From positions 23,619 to 87,618 of the forward strand of contig JANPCZ010000102.1 in the NCBI GenBank assembly GCA_031431215.1: DNA of 64,000 bases. The letters run 5' to 3'. Positions within the stretch are counted from its first letter, which is position 1; the number at the start of each line of letters is the position of its first letter. The translations under genes were made by a program, and so were the position numbers. Below, one piece after another: positions 56,100 through 64,000 of the stretch. Below the pieces are notes generated by a model. The model saw only the letters and a program-made list of their open reading frames with translations, was not told where the DNA came from and searched no databases. This stretch comes from Myxococcales bacterium (GTDB taxonomy: Bacteria > Myxococcota_A > Polyangia > Fen-1088).

Positions 56100-57977
56100 C
56101 TAGAACCGAATGCCGACAAAGGCGCGTAGCACCTGTGCTGACGACGCACTCTCGGTCGGCATGCGGCCCACGGTGGCTCCTCCCACGGGTGTCGCGCCGG
56201 GACGGCTGAGAGCGCTGGTCGGCCACAGGACGCCCCATACGATCCCGGCGAACAGGCCGTCGGCCGGGTTGCGGTAGTTGATACCCAGGTTCATCTCGAT
56301 GCCGTAGGACAGGGAATTTCCTGGCGTCGACACCGGTACGGGCGCCAGGCTGTAGATGAAGGCCGCCGAAAATCCCACCTGTCGAGTCTCGGCCAGGCCC
56401 AGCCAGTAGGTCATCTGCGGCTTGAGGTAGATGGCGTTGGTGACGGTGCCCAGGATGCGGCGGAACAGGATCTCGTCGACGTGGTAGTCGGGATTGAACT
56501 TGAAGTCGGTGATGCGCCGATCGCCGGCCGGCTGCGTGACGAACTTCCAGCGGTAGTTGAGATAACTCCCGGGATCCTCGGCCTGGTCACCGCTGGCGCC
56601 CCCGGTCTCGAAGCCGATGACCAATGCGTTGGAGTACAGGCGTAGGTCGGACGCCAGCACCCAGCCGATTTGCTCCAGCCGCATCTGCCGGTCCTTGTCG
56701 GCACCCAGGACGCCGCCCGGGTTGTCGACCTTGCCGACCACGCCCGAGGTCTCGGCCTCGACGGTGAACGCCTTCCATTGCAGGCGCATCCACAGGCTCG
56801 GCAGGAACACCAACGCGTTCATCTTGCGAAACGTCGCCGGATTCGCCAGGTCATCCCGGGTGGGGACGTCGCCTTTGACCTCGCCGCCGCCGCTGTCAGT
56901 CGCGGGCTTGATGTCGAAGATTTCGTTGCTCTGGCTGCGGTAGATGATCTGGGCTCCGTAGTTGAAAACCAGGTCGCCCTGCGCCAGCCGCTCATCGCGC
57001 TGACGCTCGCTATCGATGTGGGTCACCGAGGCCATGAGCTGCGTGACGTCGTCGTTCTGAGACAGGTCCAGCGGCAGACCGCCGGGATCGCGGCGCCCCA
57101 GATCGATCATGCCGATGTGGTGCCCCTGCGCGCCAAAGTCCCACGCCGCCGCCAGCTGGTGACCATAAACCTGGGTGAGCGCCATGATCCGATCGACGTT
57201 GGTGCCGCCGTCGCAGTCGGGACAGGCACCGTTGTTGAACGCTATGCCGCGGCCAAAGTGCCAGGGCATGCGGCCAAAGCGAACCGAGCCGAAGTCGCTG
57301 TCGATCTCGCCCCAGGCGCGCTTGGCGCGCACACTGGACATGAGGCTGCCGCGGCTGAGCTCGGGCGGATCCTGGGTGGTGTAAAGCGACGAGACGGGCG
57401 CTTTGCCGGAACGGTCCTGCGGCCGGCGTGGATCGATCAACGAGTCGGGGGTCGACCCCATGATGGTGTTGTCGAGGATGTCGAACTGGGTTTGCACCCG
57501 CACCTGATCGGTCACGTTGATGGTCGGCTCAAGCCGGAGCCGAAGGTTTCCGCTACCGAGGTTCTTGTCGCTGCACGATCCCGGTTTCATCCCGCACTCG
57601 AGCGGCAGCGGGAACGGCGGGATCCGGGATTTCATGTCGGCCTGCGAAGACGGGATGTAGCCCTGTCCGAGGTTGAGCTTGTGGAGAAAATCAGTGCGCA
57701 GGCGCAGGTAGCCGTCGAGCTCGATGATCTGGGTGCGGCGCCGTTGCTGGCTGGCGTAGCCACCGAGCGGCGCCAGATCGCTCGCGCGCTCGTCTTCCTC
57801 GGGAGCGGCTTCGGCGGGACCGTCCTCCTTGGGCTCGTCCATGGGCTGCTGCGGGCCCATGCCGGGTGCCATGCCACCGGGCTGGCCACCATACTGGGCG
57901 CGTGCAGCGGGCGCCCCCATCAGGGCGGCCAGGCCCAAGGCAAGTGCGACCAGCCGGTTGGTCAGGGTCCTGGTCAT
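56100..57977 (-). CDS. Outer-membrane β-barrel protein (hypothetical; C-terminal Phe)
   Basis: Signal 'MTRTLTNRLVALALGLAALMGAPAARAQ' and a Gly/Pro/Met-rich linker. Ends '...LRAFVGIRF'. Start chosen at ATG 57977; the 5' part of the track ORF is low-complexity and was trimmed. Confidence 0.5.
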   Translation of the reverse strand: MTRTLTNRLVALALGLAALMGAPAARAQYGGQPGGMAPGMGPQQPMDEPKEDGPAEAAPEEDERASDLAPLGGYASQQRRRTQIIELDGYLRLRTDFLHKLNLGQGYIPSSQADMKSRIPPFPLPLECGMKPGSCSDKNLGSGNLRLRLEPTINVTDQVRVQTQFDILDNTIMGSTPDSLIDPRRPQDRSGKAPVSSLYTTQDPPELSRGSLMSSVRAKRAWGEIDSDFGSVRFGRMPWHFGRGIAFNNGACPDCDGGTNVDRIMALTQVYGHQLAAAWDFGAQGHHIGMIDLGRRDPGGLPLDLSQNDDVTQLMASVTHIDSERQRDERLAQGDLVFNYGAQIIYRSQSNEIFDIKPATDSGGGEVKGDVPTRDDLANPATFRKMNALVFLPSLWMRLQWKAFTVEAETSGVVGKVDNPGGVLGADKDRQMRLEQIGWVLASDLRLYSNALVIGFETGGASGDQAEDPGSYLNYRWKFVTQPAGDRRITDFKFNPDYHVDEILFRRILGTVTNAIYLKPQMTYWLGLAETRQVGFSAAFIYSLAPVPVSTPGNSLSYGIEMNLGINYRNPADGLFAGIVWGVLWPTSALSRPGATPVGGATVGRMPTESASSAQVLRAFVGIRF

Positions 57978-58381
57978 GACTGGCACAACTCGAACAACAC
58001 GCCTCCGGTGGCCTTGGGGTGGATGAATGCGACCAGATGGCCGCGCGCCCCTGCCCGCGGCGCCTCGTCGATGAGCGGAACTCCAGCGGCTTTCAGCGTG
58101 GCCAGACTCGCAGCCAGATCGTCGACCGCGAAGCAGATGTGATGCAGCCCTGGGCCGCGCTTGTCCAGGAAGCGAGCCAGACTTTGGTTGCCGGCCGGGC
58201 ACACCAGCTCGATCGCAGTTTCGCCAGCGCCCGCGTGCAGGAAGACCACGTTGGTTTTCTGTGCGGCGACGTGTTCGCGAGTGCCGGGGGCAAGGTCGAA
58301 GAGGTCCGCCAGGCGATCGGTGGCGCCGTCCTTGTCCGCGACCGCGATCGCCACATGATCGATATGCTTGACTCTGATCAT
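57974..58381 (-). CDS. VOC/glyoxalase-fold enzyme, methylmalonyl-CoA epimerase-like
   Basis: 'IDHVAIAV' and 'HHICFAVDD' are the paired βαβββ modules with metal-binding His/Glu ('FELCQS'). ATGA coupled to the downstream outer-membrane gene. Confidence 0.65.
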   Translation of the reverse strand: MIRVKHIDHVAIAVADKDGATDRLADLFDLAPGTREHVAAQKTNVVFLHAGAGETAIELVCPAGNQSLARFLDKRGPGLHHICFAVDDLAASLATLKAAGVPLIDEAPRAGARGHLVAFIHPKATGGVLFELCQS

Positions 58382-58444
58382 ACGGAAACGGGTGCTGAAG
58401 TCCGGACCTTATATCAGCAGGAGCCTTCGCCGGAAAGCCGTATC

Positions 58445-59572
<1,128 letters not shown>

Positions 59573-59613
59573 ATCTCGATCCGGCATTCGCGGCCGCTGC
59601 CTTCGCCGCTGCT

Positions 59614-61743
59614 TCAGCCGCGCTGGGCAACCACGGTGCGGCGCCAGCGCAGGGTGAGCAGGGACTCGAGCAGAACCACCGCTATGACCAGGCCCGCGAG
59701 ACCATGCCACAGTTCGACCCGGCGTCTGGGCGCCTGGCCGGTCGCCAGCGCCTTCTTGGTGCCGCTGTCGGGCCGGCGGTCGGGTGGCAGGCGGGCAGGG
59801 TCCGACTCGCGCGGATCGAGGTTGACCACGAAACCGTCGGCAGAGCGCGGCGTCGCAGCGCCGTTGAAGCCAACGGTGCGGACCCGGTACGCACCCAGCT
59901 GATCGGTATCGGTGAAGATGATGGTCCGTGTGCCGGCACCACGGTCGTGCTGCGACACCCAGATCGCTCCATCGGGCTTGACCACCTCCAGCCGGCGTAC
60001 GTCGGCACCGACCTCGATCTGGCGTGGTTGGCCCGCGGTCAGAGTTGCCACGCCGCCGTCCTCACCGGCGCCCGTGAGGCGACGGGCTGCCTCGACCATC
60101 AGCGGCAGGAAGCCGGGATGGATCGGCAGGTCGGTCCAGTCCCGGTCGATTGAGGTTGCGAGCAGCAGCACGCGGCCCTTGCCGACCTGGCGCTCGACCA
60201 GCGCCGGAGCGCCGTTCTCGAAGCGCATCACCACGCTGCGACCGACGCTGTCCGGCACAGGGTCAAGCAGCATCAGCTTGAAGAAACGTACCTTCGCCAG
60301 ACCTTCGCCCTCGGGCGGGTAGTTGGCCAGGAGCGGGTGACGCCGGTCGAGCGGCGCCAGGCGTTCCGCCGGCCGGGTGTCGACGGTCTCGCCCTGAGTC
60401 TGGCCCGGTAGCGCCGAGGCGGTGCGCGCGACGGCGAGCGGCTGGGGCAGCACCTTGGCGAGTCGATCGTTCCACACCTGAGGCTCGACGTGGTTGCCGA
60501 CCGACAGGAACAGACCACCGCCGGCTTCGACGAAGGCCGCGAGTGCGGCTGCCAGCGCGGGGCTGGGCTCGGCCACATTGGCCAGGAACACTACGTTGTA
60601 GTTGGCCAGACTATCCACCACCACGTCGTCGGGCAGCATGGTGGTGACGCTGGCGCCGCCGTCGCCACTGCGCAAAGCGGTCTCGAGGAAGTACACCTCG
60701 TCATCTTTCTGCATGGTCCGCGCGTCTCCGTTGATGACGAGTGCCCGCAACCGCCGACCAAGCTCGATGCGAGCCAGCCGCCGATCGTCGAGCGCGAAGT
60801 CGTCGGCGTCGATCTCGACCTGCGCGTCGTGGCTGCCGTCCGGTACCAGCGTGTTCCAGCGCTGCTTGGTTCGGCTGCCAGGGGCGAGATCGACCAGGGT
60901 CTTGGCTAACACGGCGCCGTCCACTTTCAGGGTCACGCCCAGGTTCGTGACGCCTGCCGCGGAGAAATCCGCGATCTCGGCAGTGACCGTCACGCCACCG
61001 ACGCCAGACTCGGCCGCGGGCTCGACCGTGACGTCGAGGACTGCCCGGTTTATCCAGGGGCGGTCGGCCGACACGTCGAGGATCTGCACGTCGGGCGCGC
61101 TCGCTGGCGGCACACCCGGATCGTCCCCCCAGCCCGCGGCCTGCAGGTCGGTGATGAGGAAGATGCGCCGCTCGGCGCGCAGGGACGCAGCCAGCACCAA
61201 GGTCGCCCGCCGCATGACCTCGGTGAACTCACCGGGCCGCACGCTGGGCTGCGCGTTTTCCAGCGTCTCGAGCATGCGCGCCTTCTCGGTGGTCAGCTCG
61301 GCAACCGGATTGGTGGCGTTGCCACATGTGAACAGCAGCGCCATGTCGGAGTCGCTGGGCAGTTGCTGGATGATGGCGCGCGCCTTGTCCCGGGCCGCCT
61401 CGAACATCGATCCCGAGCCCGCGCTGCGTCGCATGCTGGCCGAATCGTCCAGCACGATGACTGCGCTCTGGGTGGTGAAGCTGACGTCGGGCAGGTCGGC
61501 GGCGCGCTCGGTGAACGGGCGTGAAAAGATGAATGGCAGGCTGGCGGCGATGGCAGTGCGCGCGAGCAGAAGCAAGATCTCGCGCAGGCGGCGCCGCGCC
61601 GACACACGTTTTTCCGAGCGCATGAGCAGTTGCATCGCCGCGAAGCGCACCGGCACCGCGCGACGCTTTCCGATCAGGTGCACGAGCCACGGCAACGCCG
61701 CCGCCAGCAAACCAAGCAGCAATGCCGGCGCAAGAAAGCTCAC
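59614..61743 (-). CDS. BatA-like membrane protein: N-terminal double-TM domain plus vWA (MIDAS) domain plus a long periplasmic C-terminal region
   Basis: 'MSFLAPALLLGLLAAALPWLVHLIGKRR' matches the BatA N-terminal double-transmembrane signature. 'VIVLDDSASM' is a DxSxS MIDAS motif. Confidence 0.7.
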   Translation of the reverse strand: MSFLAPALLLGLLAAALPWLVHLIGKRRAVPVRFAAMQLLMRSEKRVSARRRLREILLLLARTAIAASLPFIFSRPFTERAADLPDVSFTTQSAVIVLDDSASMRRSAGSGSMFEAARDKARAIIQQLPSDSDMALLFTCGNATNPVAELTTEKARMLETLENAQPSVRPGEFTEVMRRATLVLAASLRAERRIFLITDLQAAGWGDDPGVPPASAPDVQILDVSADRPWINRAVLDVTVEPAAESGVGGVTVTAEIADFSAAGVTNLGVTLKVDGAVLAKTLVDLAPGSRTKQRWNTLVPDGSHDAQVEIDADDFALDDRRLARIELGRRLRALVINGDARTMQKDDEVYFLETALRSGDGGASVTTMLPDDVVVDSLANYNVVFLANVAEPSPALAAALAAFVEAGGGLFLSVGNHVEPQVWNDRLAKVLPQPLAVARTASALPGQTQGETVDTRPAERLAPLDRRHPLLANYPPEGEGLAKVRFFKLMLLDPVPDSVGRSVVMRFENGAPALVERQVGKGRVLLLATSIDRDWTDLPIHPGFLPLMVEAARRLTGAGEDGGVATLTAGQPRQIEVGADVRRLEVVKPDGAIWVSQHDRGAGTRTIIFTDTDQLGAYRVRTVGFNGAATPRSADGFVVNLDPRESDPARLPPDRRPDSGTKKALATGQAPRRRVELWHGLAGLVIAVVLLESLLTLRWRRTVVAQRG

Positions 61744-62720
61744 CGTCGACTACCCTGCCGGGCGTTCAGGAACGCCCGCAGCACGTCGGCAGGGCGATCC
61801 GCGGTGGTCGCGAAGCGGTACTCGACCCGCGCCTCCAGGCATGCTTGCCGCCAGCGTTCGCGGAAGGCGGCTGATTCTTGCCGGAACGCCTCACGCAGAT
61901 CGGCGGCCTCGGCCAACAGCGTGCGTCCATCGCCAGGCTCCATGGCTTCGAAGAACGTTAGATCATCGAACGGCAGCTCGACCTCATCGGGATCGAGCAG
62001 ATGGAACAGCACGACGTCGTGGCCGTGAGCGCGCAGTTGCCGGAGCCGGTCAACCGAAGCACCGCGGGCCACCGTTGGCTGTCCGGCAGGGCCTGCCACT
62101 GCATCGCCGTCGGCGTCGAGCAGATCGGAGAACACCAGGACCAGACTGCGCTTGCCCGCCAGATCACCCAGGTGGCCCAGGGCCCGCGCCCAGTTGGTGC
62201 GGCCCGCGGGCTCTGCGGTCTCCAACAAGCGCAGGAGTTCACGCACCTGACCGCCGCGGGTCGATGGTGGCAGGTAAGCGCGCGGCGCCTCGTCATAGAG
62301 CAGGAGCCCGGCCGGATCACCCTGCTGTCCAAGCAGGTAGCCGAGCCCACCCGCCAGATAGCCTGCGTATTCGAGCTTCGAGACACCTTTGCGCCGGTAG
62401 CCCATCGACGCCGACGCGTCCACCAGCAGATACGTGCGCATCTCGGTCTCGTCCTCGAAGCGCTTGACGTAGTAGCGGTCAACCCGCCCGACCGCCTTCC
62501 AGTCGATGCGCCGGATCTCATCACCGGGCGAGTACTCCTTGTGCTCGGTGAATTCCATCGATGTGCCTGCATGCAGGTTGTGGTGCATGCCAGCGAACGC
62601 GCCCTCGACGATCACGCGCGCTCGCACCGACAGCGACGACAGCCGCGCCAGATCGAGCGGGTCGAGCGCCAGCGGCCGCGCAGCAGCGGCACCTGGCCCG
62701 GGGCTTTCGCGGTCCCCCAT
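61740..62720 (-). CDS. DUF58-family protein (vWA-like, MoxR-associated)
   Basis: 'HNLHAGTSMEFTEHKEYSPGDEIRRIDWKAVGRVDRYYVKRFE' is the conserved DUF58 core (recalled from memory). ATGA overlap with the BatA-like gene. Confidence 0.75.
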   Translation of the reverse strand: MGDRESPGPGAAAARPLALDPLDLARLSSLSVRARVIVEGAFAGMHHNLHAGTSMEFTEHKEYSPGDEIRRIDWKAVGRVDRYYVKRFEDETEMRTYLLVDASASMGYRRKGVSKLEYAGYLAGGLGYLLGQQGDPAGLLLYDEAPRAYLPPSTRGGQVRELLRLLETAEPAGRTNWARALGHLGDLAGKRSLVLVFSDLLDADGDAVAGPAGQPTVARGASVDRLRQLRAHGHDVVLFHLLDPDEVELPFDDLTFFEAMEPGDGRTLLAEAADLREAFRQESAAFRERWRQACLEARVEYRFATTADRPADVLRAFLNARQGSRR

Positions 62721-62737
62721 CTGGGCGCGCCTCCGCG

Positions 62738-63871
62738 CTACTCGGGCCGCACGTTGTCGAGAACGTGCGTGACGATGGCGCGCGCGTCGATCGCGTCGGC
62801 CTCGGCGTGAAAGTTAGGCACCACCCGGTGGATCAGCACCGGCATGGCCAGGGCGCGAATGTCTTCCGTGGCGACGGCATAGCGGCCGTTCAGGATCGCC
62901 CGCGCCTTGGCCGCCAGCACCAGGTTCTGCGACGCACGCGGGCCGGCACCCCACGACACGTATCGTTGTACGAAGTCCAGGGCAGGGCCGCCGTCGTCAC
63001 GCGGCGGGCCGGCGCCGTCTTTTCTGGGCCGCGACGCCCGGCACAGTGCCACCGCGTGGCGAAGCACGTGATCGGCGATGGGCACGCGCAACACCAGATC
63101 CTGCAGTTCGAGAATGCGTGCCGGCGACAGCACTTTGCGCAGGGTGGGCCGGTACGCCGCCGTCATCTGGCTGACGATTCGAAGTTCTTCGTCGGCGCTG
63201 GGGTAGGTGACGTCAACCTGGAACATGAAGCGGTCGAGTTGCGCTTCGGGCAGCGGGTATGTGCCCTCCTGCTCGATCGGGTTCTGGGTGGCAAACACCA
63301 GGAATGGCAGCGGTAGATCGTAGGTGGTACCACCCGCCGAAACCCGGTATTCCTGCATCGCCTGCAGCAGCGCAGCCTGCGTCTTGGGCGGTGTGCGGTT
63401 GACCTCGTCGGCCAGGATCACGTTTCCGAACAAGGGCCCCTTGACGAAGCGGAACACGCGCCGCCCGGTGGCACGGTCTTCCTCCAGCACGTCCGAGCCC
63501 GTGATGTCCGACGGCATCAGGTCGGGCGTGAACTGGATGCGCCCGAACGACAGGTCGAGCACATCGGCGAGGGTCTGGATCAGCATGGTCTTGGCCAGGC
63601 CGGGTACACCCACGAACAGCCCGTGCCCACGCGCGAACAGCGCGATCAACAGGTGTTCAATGACGTTGTCCTGGCCTACGATGCGCTTGCCGATCTCGGC
63701 CTGCAAGGCGCGGCGGGCGTCGTGAAGCTCGTGGGCGGCTTCCAGATCGCGATCGGGATCGGTGTGCCCCGTCGCTTCTGGACCATCGCCGACAAAGCCG
63801 ACCGGTGTCAGCGGCGACTGCGGCGGCCAGTCATCGCCTCGCAACGCCGGTGCTTTCACGAACTCGGACAT
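62738..63871 (-). CDS. MoxR-family AAA+ ATPase
   Basis: Walker A 'GVPGLAKT', Walker B 'ILADEVNR' (MoxR-type hhhhDEhNR), and 'FLVFATQNP' sensor 1. Start at Met 63871 ('MSEFVKAPALRG'). Confidence 0.85.
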   Translation of the reverse strand: MSEFVKAPALRGDDWPPQSPLTPVGFVGDGPEATGHTDPDRDLEAAHELHDARRALQAEIGKRIVGQDNVIEHLLIALFARGHGLFVGVPGLAKTMLIQTLADVLDLSFGRIQFTPDLMPSDITGSDVLEEDRATGRRVFRFVKGPLFGNVILADEVNRTPPKTQAALLQAMQEYRVSAGGTTYDLPLPFLVFATQNPIEQEGTYPLPEAQLDRFMFQVDVTYPSADEELRIVSQMTAAYRPTLRKVLSPARILELQDLVLRVPIADHVLRHAVALCRASRPRKDGAGPPRDDGGPALDFVQRYVSWGAGPRASQNLVLAAKARAILNGRYAVATEDIRALAMPVLIHRVVPNFHAEADAIDARAIVTHVLDNVRPE

Positions 63872-64000
63872 CGGCGACAGAATGCCATGCGCCGCCCCGT
63901 GCAGCAAAGCCGTCTGTCAGGCGCCAAGCGGGCGGCTACCCGGCCGGCGACTCAATGTCCCTTGCATCACTGCGCGGTCACTGCGCCGCTGGCGTGGACT

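Noticed and set aside
60602-62810. 621-aa and 269-aa + strand ORFs overlapping the BatA-like and DUF58 genes
   Set aside because: Ser/Arg/Ala-rich low-complexity translations. The − strand frames carry the BatA N-terminal double-TM signature, MIDAS motif and DUF58 core.

Overview
This is a 64 kb chromosomal window with about 70 % GC and dense coding. A GCxC-hydrophobic-Arg-rich C-terminal sorting tag (MYXO-CTERM) and repeated Cys-rich 'CNGxDDDCDG' modules place the source in the Myxococcota. Because of the GC content, many long antisense ORFs in the six-frame track are artefacts. I chose genes by recognisable domains, signal peptides and start/stop coupling. Seven blocks are visible, in order along the window:
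- **1–10848:** a 10-gene + strand operon with start/stop overlaps at most junctions (ATGA/GTGA; 14-nt overlap 5482–5495; 3–17 nt gaps at 519/523 and 8878/8896). It combines O-acetylation genes (an MBOAT fragment and two AlgJ/AlgX-like SGNH proteins) with an Arn-like sugar pathway: two SDR sugar-nucleotide enzymes (one ArnA C-terminal-like), a DPM1/ArnC-like GT2, and an ArnT/PMT_2-like GT-C membrane protein fused to TPR repeats. A TolB-like β-propeller and a SirB1-like protein sit in the same operon. I propose this as a periplasmic glycosylation and acetylation system, and it is the best candidate for something new in the window.
- **11206–18985:** a − strand block of secreted proteins: two c-type cytochrome lipoproteins, a PA14/TSP3 protein, and a vWA-MYXO-CTERM protein paired with an FGE-sulfatase-domain lipoprotein.
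- **19136–25497:** a fatty-acid desaturase, a cupin and several secreted hypotheticals.
- **25776–34896:** pyrG, then a complete rpoN–hpf–ptsN–hprK–rapZ–EIIA(Man)–ptsH–ptsI regulatory PTS module with no permease genes.
- **34947–41607:** a lipoprotein, a TonB-dependent receptor, a MYXO-CTERM protein and an LtaS-like transferase.
- **41764–54305:** a 12-gene respiratory operon, alternative complex III actABCDEF(G)–sco–caa3 oxidase (ctaC/D/E/IV), with a sigma-70-like promoter upstream.
- **54226–63907:** an FTR1 iron permease with a Fur-box-like dyad upstream, a TPR protein, an outer-membrane barrel, a glyoxalase-fold enzyme, nagZ, and a BatA–DUF58–MoxR cluster.

I found no rRNA, tRNA, CRISPR, transposase or phage genes.
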